A stretch of DNA of 64,000 nt from the human T2T-CHM13v2.0 reference genome, Homo sapiens. How positions within the stretch are numbered: the stretch's first letter is position 1; the number at the start of each line of letters is the position of its first letter. A program made the position numbers and the translations under genes. The stretch lies in the NCBI RefSeq assembly GCF_009914755.1, contig NC_060926.1. The stretch is one strand, 5' to 3'. Below are positions 15,375 through 31,795 of this stretch, piece after piece. Under the pieces are notes generated by a model, which searched no databases, was not told where the DNA came from, and worked only from the letters and a program-made list of their open reading frames with translations.

Positions 15375-16058
15375 TGGAAATTGCTGATTGTCAAGTTTTG
15401 GCTGGGTATCAGAGAAGAATTTCTATAATTAACTAAAAAGACTCCTGTCTTTCCCAATTATGTATCTGTCTGAGGCTGCAGTTCTTCACATGCTTCAACC
15501 AAAAGAACTGATCCCCACAGATTGAATGCAGAAGAAGTTATACAAATCCAGCTGTCCTCTATTTAATTGCACATTAAAGTTTGTAAAATTGTAAAAACAA
15601 TGCCATTCTTCTTAACTAATCTTTAAAATCAAAAGTACAGCTTTTTACCTATGTACCCATAAGTTAAAAATTAGTTTTTTAATTAAAATATTAATTGTTA
15701 ACATGAAGTTTTATAACATTAAAATGAACTAACATACAGTTTAAAAATTCTTAGTTTTAATATCTAGTATGATAAATGTCAATAGACATAACCCTCCTAA
15801 GCCTGCAGTCCTCAGTTTTTAAGAGTGAATTCTGAGACCAAAAAGCTTAAGAACCTACTGGCTCTAGAGGAAGGAAAAGAGGGAGAAAATAAAAATAGAG
15901 ATGAGAAAATTGATCCAAACTCTGATAGTCCTCTAGACTTAAGAGGATGAAGACTTTAAGTTGAGTGATGGATGACTGAAGAAGAAAAGGCTAATTCAGG
16001 AGGCATTTTGAATGGAGAAATAGTAAGTTTGGTGATAATTTCAATATGGGGTGGATGA

Positions 16059-16486
<428 letters not shown>

Positions 16487-18265
16487 AATGTTCCTTTTTA
16501 AATACTGTTTTTGGAACTCTAAGGAGGGAGGGAATGGTAATGGCTGAGAAGGAGCAGACAGAAACAGGGAAAATACTTGTAAGTAGGAGTCATGGAAGGC
16601 AAGAGGATAAGTGAGAAGCAGGTCATGGATAGATAGAGGCAGAGGATTAATGTCAAACCAAGGGCCTGTCTCATTTAGCAGACTAGATTCACAAGTGCTA
16701 TCTTGGACACTTGGTATTAAGTCAACTTCGAGGTCACATGGTGATAGGTCACATGATAGTGAACTGACGAATGTCGTCAGCAATACTCAGTGTTCTTTAG
16801 AGTCTGAGGAGGACGAGAATGGAGGAAAGACTTTTCTCTATGGAGTGATAATACTTGGTGATCACTAGGGACCTGCGCTCCTCCCCTGGCTTTAAACAAG
16901 AGAGAATGATTGGAATGGAAAATGAAAGCAGTAAGGTGCAGGCCAAATTGGGATGGTTTGGTAAGCAGAAAAAGGAAGGGGGTTTGTTGTCATGGAATAG
17001 TGAGTTTACAAAAACCTATTTGAGGCAGAAAAATTATGAACAGAAAGTTATGTAAGACATACAAGCACACTTGAAAATAGATATGAACTTGTGAAACCAG
17101 AAAATAATCGCAAGGAAGTGCGGGCTCTTGGTGTTAAAGTTGGTAGAGAGAATGACCAATTCTATAGCATCTTGTGGTTTATAAGCTGTTTCTCACACAC
17201 ATTGGTTTTGAGCCTCACAACCTGTAGGAGGTGGGTATGGCCACTTCCCTCACTAAGAAAGTGCAGTTGAGAGAGGTTCAGTACCCAAAAGGATCTGGAC
17301 GGTGGTTAGCACTGAGAACACCCTGGATTCCCAGACAGTGGCGGAAGATGAGAAGATGGTTGTAGAGGGCACTGATGGTTTAAAGTTATGATGGCAGTCG
17401 GGAGCTGGTCAGTTTGTGGACTGCTCCTTAGCATTTGTGCCCCCATATGTGGTCCACAAGGGGGTGAGAAGCTGAATAGAGGCAGTCAGAAGTGATTCAA
17501 GAACTTCCCTTTACCTTTCTCCATGCAGTCAGCCTTTCACGCTATGTAATACTGAGGGTTCCATGAATGTGCTGCTGGGGGGAGTATTGTTCTCCACTTG
17601 CCTAATGGATTCCCAGGGCATTCTCTCATCTCCAAATAAAGCCATCATACAGCCGTCAGATATTTAAATCTGTGAAATGAAAAGTGAAGTCTTCTCTCCA
17701 GCCCTCATCCCACTGGTATTGGGTAATGTACACCCATTATTGATCAGCGATTTAATATTAACTACATGAATGAAAATAGACTTGCTATTTAGAGTGGTCT
17801 GTTTGAATTTGACTTGGAGGTGCTTTTGTAGTAACTAGCCTAAAACCATCTGGCTGTTCAGATCTCAGTATTTAGTGAACAGCTATGCAAGTAGACATGT
17901 ATTTCCATTTCACAGCGTGTCCATGTGAGTTCCTAAGCAACTCATCACTCCCAAGATGGCTCAGTGACACTTCTCCCAGGCGGTCCTTCTGCCAGAGTGA
18001 GAAGTTCAGTGAGAGAGGGCTCTGTGCATTAGGGAAGGGAGAGATTCAGACAGCTTCATTGGATTAAGGAATTCAGACTGAAGGGGACCTTTTAAGGGGA
18101 TGATCACTGGGATGACATTTTAGAAGACAGAATAATATGAAAAGACAGGTGGGAAGCCTTTGGAAGAATACAGTTGCAGTGCCTTAATGGATATAAACAT
18201 GAAGTAAATAAAATAACGTCTGTCCATTCATCCCAACCCCGGGTAAGGGTTTAGAACTTGGGTAG

Positions 18266-18838
<573 letters not shown>

Positions 18839-20863
18839 TAGGATCAGGGTCCTCCTGCCAGTCCCAAGTGAGCCACAGGCATGGCCCTGTTTGTTGTGGA
18901 GGTGAATTCTGTGGAGCCAAGCTCCTGCAGCTGCTCTCTCTGCCTCCACGGCAGCTGCCAAATGGGAGTCATTTCTGGCTCTCTACACAGAGTGTTTCAG
19001 GTTGAACCAGAAGCTAGACATTCTGGGGCATAATCACAATCGGGAGCAGTGTGGAGATTGTTTCGAAAGGGAAGGGGGGTGTGGAGTGGAGAAACTGCGG
19101 AGATCTGCCCCCTCACCCACTTCTTCCCTTTCCATCTGCGTCCTGTTCCCTCCCTCCAGCCCAGCTGCCACCTGAGATAAAGTAGCTGCCCTGCCTGGGC
19201 CCGGGGCAGAGGCGGAGGGAGGGCGGTGCCATCCTGTTCTGAGGGCCTCACCCCTTGGGTGTGCCTCTGTCTGCTGATCTGGTTTGGTTCCCGCCCTCCT
19301 TTCCCAAACGCCCAGCTACCTTGAGAATCAAAATGTGCTTTGAGGTAGGAAGGGACCTCCTGTAGAGCGGCTTTGGCATGAGGTCGACCCGCCCTGGGGT
19401 GGCTCCTTTTCCCTGTGTTGGCTTGGGGCCACTGCCCCTTCATGTTTGGCTCACATGGTCCAGAAGCATCAGGGCTCTTTTAACCCAGAATAGTCAAGCC
19501 TTGGTTTCCTTACCCCTGCAGTTTTCCAGAGCAGCTAAAAAACATCCAAGCTGGCAAACCATTCTTCCTACTCCAAACATTAGGAGCTTTTACCAGTAAG
19601 CAAGGGGTGGGAAGCTTTTCCTTTCTTGAAGATGCTGCCAGCGTAGTTTCCCTTGTAGCTGCCATCCTGGGTGCATGACTTGCAAAACTGATATGTGAGT
19701 GACAATAAGCCAGATGGCCTTTGCAAAAGCTCTGCTTATTTTGATTTTTGTGGTTCCTTACAAAAGGCGAAGTGAGCATTGATCTTTGTTGGTGCTGTTG
19801 TAGCTCAACGGCAACATCACTGTGTTGTTTCCTCATTTTATTTTTCCTAAAACCTTTACCCATTATCTGCAGATTTTCACATCTAAGCAAAATAGGTTCA
19901 TATGAGTCCAGTTACCTAGACAATTAATAAAAAAGAGCAAAATGTTGAGTGACTATGTCATAGGTTACTTATTGTTAAGTTACAGCTTTGTAAGCAGCTT
20001 GCTTTGTAAATTTTTCATCCCCTGATGGATGCTGATTTTAGAAGGTGAGAGACGTGTTAGAAGGATGTGAATATCGTTTTATTTATTGGCCATAATTAAG
20101 TGCCTTTGGGCTTTTTGGGTACAGGGTTAAACTACAGCTCAACATTTAAATCAAATCCAACCATAAAATTCTCTTAAGTACAAAAAAACCAGATGACCAA
20201 CCTCAGGGAGAACCCAAGAAAAGGTGGGCTTTCCCAGCATTGCTGTGCAGCATTCTGAGAATACAGCTTGATTTTTCTACATCTTTGCATGGGCAACAGT
20301 GGTACTGGGTTCTGTCTCTTGGGACAAGTTTCACTGTGATTTTAAATTTTTGTTTCAACTTGGATTCTTCACGATTGACCGTCAAGTTGAAATCCTGGTT
20401 TTGACTTTCACTACTGTGGGATGTGCACAGGAAGTTTTCCACCAAATTTTCCACGTCGTTCCCCTGGCTTGTTTAATGAGAGCTTGGATTTCAGTTTTAC
20501 TCCAACACCTAAATAGCCTGGGTCTCTACCAGCATGCCACTAGGGTTTTACTTCATTTCAGCCTCCTGTGGGCATTGGACACCCGGCACTCTGTGAGGGT
20601 AACATGAAAGATAGGCCCTTTTCTTACCCAAGCTGATGTCTGAAGTACCCGTTTTCACATGACTCGGAATTAGGAATTGCCGTCAGATAACACTGGGCTC
20701 TTCTCACTCACCCTTTGCACTTGGAGTTTTTGTTTTACTGTTTCCTTAACCTGTCACAGTCCCTTAATTAGAATGTATTGCTAGAGGACAGGCTGCGTTG
20801 TCCAACTTTGTGCGCATTTTATAGAAACACACAAAATCACCAGACAAAGCAGCTGTAGTGTGA

Positions 20864-21166
<303 letters not shown>

Positions 21167-22134
21167 TGAGTTCTGGGCTGTTGTGTATTGAAATTTATTT
21201 CAACAGTTTGGTTCTGGGTTTTTGCAGTGGGGAGGTAGGGAAAAGCAGAAAGAAGCAGAACGTAAGAAAATGTCCACATTAACCTTCTAGTCACCACCCA
21301 GAGAATAATGGCCACATGAATTAAAGAGGCTAAAAGAATGCCTTCATAATGCTACCAGTACTTTTACCTTTATAGCACCGTTCTTCTCATCTGGTTGCTT
21401 TGGTATACGCTTTCCTGTGCTTTTTTAGCTGTTGAGATTTTGGAGGGTCAGTGGGGTGAGGAAAAGATTTATAGGAGATGAGGCAGAGACAAAATAAGAT
21501 GAGATCAAATGGTCCATCTATCAGGAAAGCACTTCCCCTCCAAGGGAGCAGCAGCATGCACCCTGCCACCTCCCAGATGTGATGTGTGCATCTGAATAGC
21601 AATGCAGGATGGAGCTTCTACCCTGGTGAAGGTCTCTGCACTGCAAGGGAGGGTGTCATGCATTGATTGAGACTGAGTGGTCACCAGTCTCCTTCCCCTG
21701 ATTGCAGAGCCCATAAATCTTGAGGAATTGAATCAGGTTGCAGTGTTCGTGAAACATCACAAAAACAGAGCTCCCAGGTCTTCCGTACAGAGGTCAAATA
21801 ACCCATTTGTCTTCTGCAGACTTCAAATGAAAGGAAGTCTGCCTGTTTGCCATTTCTGTTGTACAAATGTGCATCCTCACTAAATTATTGCTAAGACTGA
21901 CCTTTTAATAAAAAGGAAAATCACAAAGGAGGGGAACCGAACAAAGATACTGCTTTCTCAAAATTTGGAAGACCACATATACATTTATATAGATAAAGCT
22001 CCATGAATCCATATCTATACACACATATCTCTTTAGATTTTTTTTTTAAAACTTCCGTTTTCCTGTTCTTAGTTTTATTGTTTTAGCACAAAAACAAAAG
22101 CATGTGTCGAAGCATCCTGTGTAAGCCGTGCTAA

Positions 22135-22365
<231 letters not shown>

Positions 22366-22869
22366 TAACATAATGGCTCGAATCTCATCAACCAGAGCAT
22401 TCACCAGGCACTTCCTCAGAGGGTTTTAGCATGGTCTGTGAAGGTCAGTCTGCCAGCGCCTGCTCTGTTCTTTGCAGGCAGCACTGACTCCATGTGTAGC
22501 TGAGAGAGTGGAGCATTGGCTTTTACATTCCTTGATGTTTACTTTATAACAGTCAGCTCATTTGTTAAAAAAAAAAAAAAAGGAATTCCAGATCAGATCT
22601 GGCCTGTGAAACAAAAATCATTGCTCTTCTATATTCAGTTCCATTTGTTGGGCATCAGGTCCCACTGGGGCACACAGCAGAGCAATGAAATTCCTGCATA
22701 TTAAGACGTCGTCTTATCCCAATCTCAAGGTCACTTATTTTCCTGATGATAGCTCAGGCGTATGTTTTCTAGGGTTTCTTATCATGGGATCTGACTGCGT
22801 TTTGAGGCCAGAATTTTCTAAGGATGACCTCCCTGAGCCCCTACACCCACGTAATAAGTGTGGTTGTCC

Positions 22870-22990
22870 TGAAGCCTAGGAGTCAGGAGACTTGGGTTCC
22901 AGTCCGGACTCTTACGCCGATTTGCCCGGTGACTTGAGCAACATTGAATTTACCTTTTTGCACACTTTCTTTCTCTAGATCATTAAGGAT
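22870..22990 (+). mobile_element. MIR/MIR3 fragment
   Basis: ggagtcaggagacttgggttccagtccggactct...gtgacttgagcaa tRNA-derived head. Confidence 0.65.
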
Positions 22991-23619
22991 TTTGATTAAT
23001 CCAGTAGTTTTCAGTCCCAGGTTTGTATTAGAATCATCCATGGAATTTAAGAGTCTTTATTTTTATATGCCATCCCAGACAGACTGCATTTATGTTTCTG
23101 CAGCTGGGCTCCAGTGTCTGTGTGACTCAGGTCTCCAGCTTGGTGCCTTTCAGGTAACAGATGGGTGGGACCCCTGGAGGGGATTGTTCAGACCTTCCTC
23201 TGTTCCAAGATTATATTGCAGTTTCACGCAGAGCTCTTCTGAAAGATTTAACTCCCCTTTTGCTGAGTTATGCACGTGTCTTTGAGGGATAGTTTATGCT
23301 TTATTGTGGACTGAGTGCCACTTCCACATTAATATGTAATCAAATGGAATGAACGACCTTTGAGCTCCTTATTTTCTTTAGTCACCTGCAGTTTATTTCA
23401 AGTGTAATTTGGAAAACCAGGCAGCAGGTTCATCCAGTTTTCACTTTGGAGATTGCCCCAGAAGGTCTGTGAGATTCCTGGGATTGGGTTGTGGGCTCTT
23501 TGGTGTAGACCTCACTATAGCTTCTAGAGGGGCCCCTCAGCTTAAGGAAGGCGGCTTCTTGCCATAATTTTCAATTGAATCAGAATCTTTAATGGATTTT
23601 TGTTTTATTTTACCTTCAT

Positions 23620-23875
23620 TCTTTATTAAGATGAAATTCACATACCATAGTATTCACTCATTTGAACCATTTGACGGTTTTTAGTATATTTTAAAAGTTG
23701 TGCAACTGTCACCACTATCTGATTTTAGAACATTTTCATTATCCCCAAAAGAAACCTTGTGACCATTAGAAGGCACACTCTATTTCCTACTCCAAGCTCC
23801 CCAGTCCTAGTCAACCAGTAATCTATTAATCTTTCTGTCTCTGTAGCTTATTCTGAACATTTCATATAAATGGTG
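23620..23875 (-). mobile_element. L1MB-like 3' end fragment
   Basis: aaattcacataccat...gttgtgcaactgtcaccactatctgattttagaacattttcatt. Confidence 0.8.
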
Positions 23876-24291
23876 GGCTGAGTTTTGTGTAGCAAATTTA
23901 TATTCTTTTCACTCAGCTTGAAGGCCTTCCAGTGAGCTTGTTCTGCTAATTCCCCATTCTCATCTTACCCTGCTTCCCCAGCTGCTGTTTAGTCTAGTTC
24001 AGCTAATTTTTCCCAGCGTTACTTCTGTTCTTATGCCCTATCTCTTCTGAGCTGTCCACCATAGATGGATCTTTGGTATTTATTCTGAGATAAGCAGATG
24101 ACTTTCTTCACAGTATTCTCGGTTCTTCTGAAATTTTGTCTCCTGCAGATAGTTTATCTTCAAGGATGTGGCCAGTGCAGCACTGTTTTGACAGGCTTTT
24201 TCTTTTGAACATCCTGGCCATTGGCATTACATGCCTTTGATTATAACCAAATTTTTTTTTTTTTTTTTTTTTTGCTTTGACAGTTACAAAC

Positions 24292-24572
24292 TTTTCTTGA
24301 GACAGGGTTTTGCTCTGTTGCCCAGGCTGGAGTGCAGTGGTGCAATTGTAGCTCACTGCAGCCAAACTTCTGGGCTAATGCAATCCTCCCACCTCAGGTT
24401 CCCGGGTAGTTGGGACTACAGGCATGTGCCACCACACTTAGCTCATTAAAAAAATTTTTAACATATTTCACTGTGTTACCCAGGCTGGTCTCAAATTTGT
24501 GGCCTCAAGAATTCCTCCCACCTTGGCCTCCCAAAGTACTGTGATTACAGGCATGAGCCGCTGTGCCCGGCC
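24292..24572 (-). mobile_element. AluJ
   Basis: gagacagggttttgctctgttgcccaggctgg...caggcatgagccgctgtgcccggcc. Confidence 0.9.
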
Positions 24573-27500
24573 CAAACTTTTAATAACTGAGAGCCACCCA
24601 TTCGTTTATTTCTCTTTCTCTCTCATTGAGATACAGTGCCACAATTTTTAAGGTATTCTAAGCAGAGGAAAGAAATGGTGCTGGTTTGGTTTTTTGTGTT
24701 GTCAATGAAATATTAAACTGCAGGAGGTTCTTAATACTTAATCTCATACAGCCCTACCCAGTAGCTGACTGATTAGACCCCTCTTACATGTTCCCCATAG
24801 TGTCTCAATATTCCCCTTCAGTGTATTTGTTCTTGTTTTGTTATTTAATTTTCTCTCCAGATGTAAACAGGGGTCTCATTAATCCAGCTATCTACTAGGT
24901 TCCTAGCATGGTGCTGGAAATGAGAAATTAAGGAAAGAGAAGTGTTGCCAGTGTCGAGTTGCATCGGGAGAGGGAACGTTCAGTTTATAAAGAAGCTATG
25001 CAGGATCCCCATTCCACATGGGCTTTGTCAAACCTTTCAATGTCTGTGTTGTAACCTCTGCCATGATGACAGAGTTAGCACATTTCATGACATTGAAGCT
25101 GTGTTTTTCCTCTGCTCAAGCCAACATTTTCCCATAACTCGGCTGAGCATGAAAAGTGGCAACTGTAGGTGAAAGCAGAAGGAATTAGGAAGTGGCTGGT
25201 AAGTCCCTCTCATCCAGAAGACCTCAGCTCTGGAGACCATGCCTCCCACTGTGTTTTCCTGCAGGTTGCAAGGGCTGTAGAGGGATGAGAGGGAGGCACT
25301 GCTGTTGACAGCGTTCCTCTGTTCTCCTTCCGTGACATGCAGAATTAGAACCTGTTGCCAAGGGACACGCTGGAGGTGTGGTAGGGAGGAGAAGGAAAAG
25401 ACGCAAGAATTTCCTCTCCAGGCAGACTGTAGCCACAGGTCTTTGAAGAGGCAGGAGTGGTGGGGACAGAAAGGGGAAGAGCTTCCTTTTAAATCAATAC
25501 AGGGTGTGCAGGTTCCACTGCCTCTTCACAGAGCAGGTTATCTATGACTCAGTTGTGGTTCTGTGATTGCTGGAGTAGGGGTGTGCCTTTTCCATCTGAA
25601 GAGCATGCCTGTTTTTATAAGGTGTAGCCTGGGAATGGCAGCTTTTGGGCATTGTAAGTGTTTCACAGAGTAAAGTATTCAAGAGCACCATGACCCTAGT
25701 TGGGCGGAGATGAAGATGAGATACCTTGGCTTCCTGCTTTGGAAGACCTAACAGTGGCTTGTAAAACAGGCTGGTGAGGACCCATGCTCCCAATTACACA
25801 GGGCCTGGAGAAGGCAGGAAGAGGCTTTCCATTTAATTTTCCATTTTAAGTAGTTTAATATTTGTCAGCCAGTAGAGCTGGGTTTGGAATGGCAGAGGCT
25901 TTGGGGGTGGACTGTTACAAAGTGCACACAGCTGCCGAGGCCTTGCAAGCTTTGGGCAGCTGTGGGCTCAAAGCAGGGTTCCACATACAGTATTCACATG
26001 GTTTATTCAGAGCAGTTTGGGGAAATTTCAGACAATGCTAAACCATCCTTTAAAATTCCTGGACCTTTCTTTACTCTTTAAGCTGATTCGCATCATGTTG
26101 GTTATATTTAATCTAAATATTTTTGTCCAGCAGATGCAGGGACAGGAAGCTTGTGTTCCCACATGCCCAGGCACCCAGTTTAGAAAGAAATATAAAGTAT
26201 GTGGTTTCATCAGGACTGCCACAGGGTGCCCTGCATGTGTTCTGTTTCCACTGCTTAGGAGGAGAAAGGGCAGGCTAGTAACCAGTACAAGAATTTACTG
26301 GGCCCCTCCAGTCTTCCTCTCTGGAGGCCAGGGCTTAGCAAACCCCTCCTGCCCCTTGTTTCAACTGTATTATGTTATCCAGAGGGGAGTCCCGCTTTAT
26401 CCTCTTTCAGGAGGTCCAAGTTCTTCTGACATAAATGTCTTTAGAAGTATAATAATTCTGTCATGTAGAAATACTGTCTAAGCTGAATGGGATTAACTGA
26501 ATTCCCTATGATTATCTTTTTTATTTTTTTAAGTGAACTTCTTTACTCTTTACATGTTAAAATCATTGGCATTACCTAGAAGTTGGTGTCTGATTTTCAA
26601 ATTTGCAATGTGAAAATCTTCTCAAGGTGAAACCCAACTGTACCCAATCACCATAAAATAGCTTTCAGTTACTTACTGTGAAAAGAAAAACTTTACAGAG
26701 TATGCTTTTAAAGGTGTTTCCTCCTTGTCTGAGAAAACATTTTTTCTCAGTGACATTCCTTTGAATATGTCTTGCTTCCAACTGTTACAAATGGAAACTG
26801 TAAGCTGTATTAATCCCAGTTTAGAAAGAAATATAAAGTATGTTTTCATTAGAATGTGTGAAAACCAATCTGATTTTCAAACAAAGCATCACTGAAAATG
26901 TGTTTTAAAGTGCTTTGAGATAAATTTAATTTGTGTTTATGTACATATCGTGATAAAATTTTAAGTGTGTATATTAGTTTCAAGAAAATAGGCTATTTCT
27001 GCATTTAGGAAGAAAGAGGATAGAGCCTGGATGAGAAGAAACAAAGAAAACCCAGCTTTCCTATCAAAATAAAAAGAAATCCTTCCTATCCATTAATGAT
27101 AGATGTGCAGAGGGGAAGGACTTATTCTGGCTGAGGGAGGGGCCGTTAAGTCAGTCACTCTCTCCATTCGTCTTTTTAATCTGCCTTTCTTTACCTGTTG
27201 AGATGTGTAATCTCCGGAGCATTTTTGTAGTGTCCTGAATCGGCCTCCTTTGGAGAAACGGTGCTAGGACAGTTCCATGAAGGGAGGGGACCCTGAGGGA
27301 ACAGTGGCTGCCTCTCCCCAGCTGGGTGTGTCTGCCACACAGAGCAGGTATGTAATCTACCTGCCCAGCTCTCAGCACCTGAGCTGGCAGGCATGAGCCG
27401 CCACATTCCACCTGGCTAGGTGGCTTTCTGGGTGATTAAGTGCTCAGAATTCAAGCTCTTCTGAATGCCTTTCCTTTGCTTTCCTCATGCTTACATTTGT

Positions 27501-28224
27501 TTTCTTCTTGCTCAGTTTGAAGCAGAGAGGCAGGTATGCATTTAGACAGGGGAATACCTTCGTAGAAACACTTCTGCAGAAGTAGCTTGCAGTAAAATAT
27601 TAGACACCTGGTTAGTATCCTGCTAGAGTATCTTGCTAGAGTTTGATAATATTTATTTTTCTGCCTAGTTGCTTAGGATGTTTAAAAAAAAATTATCATG
27701 GGCTGACTTTTATCTTCCTTTGACTCTCTCCTACCTCCTGCTAGGCTTATAAAATGAAAGTGATTCCAGAGGTAGCTTTAGACCTTTTATTTCCTGGACT
27801 TTGTGCCCCAAGGGAGATAATCAGATGCAGAGGCACACAAAGATGAATTAATTGTACTTTATTTTCCTTTTTGACTTGTTGTAAATCCTGCCCTTTTGAT
27901 TTTATGCTAATACTGCTTTGTTGCCACCTGTATCGCCCTGCTCACTACTAAATTGAAATGCTTTGAAATTGATTTGGTAATAACTATTTAGACTGTTTCA
28001 AGTCTGGGTTAATATTCATTTTGCTACGTTGCCTGCAATTTTTAAAATCATCCTTAATTATAGAAGCCTTTTTTTTAAAATCTCTTGGGTGAAGAGAAGA
28101 ATTTTTCTTTATGTATATAATTTGGTAATATGCTTAATGTGGGAAAGAAATTCTTGGCAATGATTTGAGTCAGCAAAGAGCCTGCTGTACTTTTATTCAG
28201 ACTGTAGTTGGATTCTTCAGGCTG

Positions 28225-28350
28225 TTCTATTGGTGTAGCAAGCATTTATTGGCACCTACTGTGTACCAGGAGCAAGCATGTTCAGTACTGGGACAATAAA
28301 GATAAGGCACAGCATCTATTGTCAAAACTTGTCCACTTGTGGGACTACAA
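28225..28350 (-). mobile_element. L2 3' end fragment
   Basis: caagcatttattggcacctactgtgtaccagg...tactgggacaataaagataag. Confidence 0.6.
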
Positions 28351-29865
28351 AATGGTCTTCTGTTCTGTGGAGAGTCTGAGCAAGTTGTGAATTACTGAGA
28401 AGAATTTAAGACATGACAGTGATTGATACCTCTGACGGAAGATGTATGCTGTGGGCGCATAATGATACCACTAATCGAACTCTTTTCCAAAGTCTGGAAA
28501 AGGGTCATTAGACTGTGTGAGAAGCTCCAGTGTCTGTGCACAGGTTATGTGAGGCTTTATCAAAACACTGTGCTTTTTCTGGAAAATGTCATGTTATTTA
28601 AGTCCTTAGACTTGTCTCTGGAGACTTCTTCTCAGTTGGGCAGTGTGGTGGGTCCCATCCTCCCCGCCCAGCACCACCTGCTCCCAGCCATTCCTTTAGG
28701 TGTTTCCTTAGTTGAAGAGCCTGATGAATGTGGCTGGGAATGTGCGGCTCGGGCCCCTGGCCTTGCTGCATGTCATAGCAGAGCATGCCTTGCGCAACAC
28801 AGGTGAGCACTGAGCTAGAAATTTCGTACAGAGATCTGGCTGTCACAAGCCAGCATACGGGGCTCCCAGAGCAAGGCCAGAGAGGGAGCAGGGCCCTGTG
28901 GCGCATTGGATGGGGCTGGGCAGTTGCAGAAGGAGAAGCCAGAAGTCTCCTGAAGCTGAAGGTTACCGTGCAGGGTTGGGGCGGGGGTCCCACCTGGGAC
29001 ATTCTGTTGGCATTCCAGGCAAGGTGGCTTAAGTGCCTTCACTAGACCCCTCAGGTTAAAAGCTGTGGCCGCAGGTGAACCAGGGACTTTGTTCTCTGTG
29101 GTTGGTTAGTTTGCAGGTGGCCGGGCCTAGGTAGGGGTGGAAATAAAAGTACAGTCTGGCAATTCTGGCCAGAAAGGTTTAAGTCAGGCCGGTTTCATTG
29201 TGCAGGCTTTCCCTTACACACTTGGGAAAATCCAAAATGTGGCCTGGTGGCTTGAATGCCTGCTGGGTGTGAGGTGTGGGTGCACAAGAGAGGGACGCCA
29301 CCTGTCAGCCAAGAGGCCTACAGACTTCTGCGCGCGTTGCCTTGACTTGTCTCTGATCTTTTCCTGATCGGACTTCCTCTGCAGCAGTGAAACCTAATTT
29401 GGAAAGTTCTTAGTCACAGGAGGCAGTCTCGCTACAGTAGTGGGCTTTTCCTTTTCTATTCACTTCTTCCTTTCATCCACTTTTATGAGCGGCCATTATG
29501 TTCCTTTCTTGTTTGATCCTTAATTCATTGGTCCAGTGTTTTAACTTTAAATTCTTCCTGTCAACCACTAAGCTAAATACAGAGGTTAAAAAATGTTTGC
29601 TTTTTAAGTGCTACTTTATTTTTCTTCAGTTGTGTGGGGAGGAAAACATTCCTGAGCATTCATGATGCCTGAGGCACTTGACATATGCCCTTATGTCTAA
29701 TTTTCTCTGCAACCCAGGGAAGGACAAATCACTCTCTTCAGAGAGTCCTCTCAAAATGCGTATTTTCTATTATAATAGTATATGTACATAATTTATAGTA
29801 CATGTATTTGGGATGTATGCCAAGTCTTGTCTTAATAGTATGGTATGATCAGAGCAGTGTAGAGA

Positions 29866-30199
<334 letters not shown>

Positions 30200-30983
30200 T
30201 TAGGGCATTCTGGGGCTTTCCTGTCCATAGGGCTGTTAATGAGAGTCAGTGAGTTGAAGTGCAAAAAGAACTTAGAATGAAGCCTGGCATATAGTAAACA
30301 GTATTCCAATATTCATCTTAGCCACTGTTGTGATTTCTTAAGGATCATTACTTAATTCCTCACCAGTGAATTTGAAATGCTCAAAACAGACATGTAATAA
30401 ACCAAGATTTTTCCTTTTCCATGAAGGTATGAGTTGGGGAAAGTATGAAATAGGGCAAGAGAAAAGATGCATTGAGGAGTCACATTCATAAGACTGTATT
30501 CTTCTTATAAGTGGGCAGAAAGCTTTACTCCTAAGTTTCCTGATAGCTAGTGGAAAGAGAGAAAACACATGTGGAAGGTGGTGTTTATAAAGACAAAAAT
30601 GTCCATTGCCCAAAATGGTACCGGGTCTGGAGACGCATACCTCCTTGTGGACCCCCTAGAGGGGAGAAGCCAAGGTTGCAGCAAGCCCCTTGCTCTTTTC
30701 ACCCTTGTCTTCTCTGTAGCTCAAAGAGAAGGTTCTGATGAATTGTTTGTGGCATATGTTTGGTATCTCTGGTCCTTAGTTCCTGAACAATTCTGGGCTA
30801 ATGCTGTAGTCAGGTTACAGTTAGCTTTCTTCTTGATGTTCATTTAAGCCTATAACTTGATTTGGATCCCACCAAACTACCTATAGGGCCCTGGACCGAC
30901 ACTGATTTTATTTTTCTTTTGCTGATTCTATTTTAAGTGTCCATTCAACATAGAACCTTCAGAAGGCAAGGGGTAAAGTTGGA

Positions 30984-31248
30984 TCCTAGCACTTTAGGAG
31001 GCCAAGGTGGGTGGATTGCTTGAGCTCAGGAGTTCAAGACCAGTGTGGGCAACATGGCGGCACCCTGTCTCTACAAAAATATAAAAAATTAGCAAGGTGT
31101 GGTACCTGTAGTCCCAGCTACTTAGGGGGCTGAGGTGGGAGGATCGCTTGAGCCTTGGAAGTTCGAGGCTGCAGTGAGCCGAGATAGCACCACTGCACTC
31201 CAGCCTGGGCAAGAGAGTGAGACCCTGTCTCAAAAAAAAAAAAAAAAA
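30984..31248 (+). mobile_element. AluJ, 5'-truncated
   Basis: tcctagcactttaggaggcc...gagaccctgtctc + A tail. Confidence 0.9.
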
Positions 31249-31480
31249 CTTTGGGAAGGTGAAGAAAGAGTGCAGTCGTATTTCAGAGCCTTGCAGAGCA
31301 AAGCATTTGATGACTGAGTGGATGACTTTTTAACAAGGCAGACTTCATGAACTTTTAGCCACAGATAATTAACTCCTTTTATGTAATGAGCACCATGCAA
31401 GCAAATGGTGTTTTAAAAATACGCTGTATGTATAATCAGAAGAATTGGTATTAGCTATACCACTAATTGTGCATACACAT

Positions 31481-31482
<2 letters not shown>

Positions 31483-31550
<68 letters not shown>
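31483..31550. repeat. Compound (GT)n(GA)n microsatellite
   Basis: direct reading, about 21 GT and 13 GA units. Confidence 0.95.
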
Positions 31551-31660
31551 TCAGGTTCTCTGGAGCCTTTTATCTCTATAAGGTGGGGTTGATGGTTCTC
31601 AGCCTATCTGCCTCCTCTCATGGGATGTGATCAGGTATACGCCCTGTTATATTAAGAAAG

Positions 31661-31795
31661 TGAGCCAGGTGCAATGATGTGTGCCTATAGTCCCAGCTAC
31701 TTGGGAGGCTGATGCAGGAGGACTGATTGAGGCCAGGAGTTTGAGACCAGCCTGGGCAGCATAGTGAAATCCCATATTATTCAAAAAAAAGAAAA
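31661..31795 (+). mobile_element. FLAM monomer
   Basis: gccaggtgcaatgatgtgtgcctatagtcccagctacttgggagg...gagtttgagaccagcctgggc. Confidence 0.8.

Larger units (their letters stand above)
13984..15860 (+). mobile_element. hAT-Charlie (Charlie1-like) DNA transposon relic containing Alu insertions
   Basis: termini cagaggttctga / ttaagaacctactg followed by gctctaga; decayed transposase remnant (FNILCDEVG...LLH..EV*WFS*GRAL) near 14317-14410. Confidence 0.75.
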
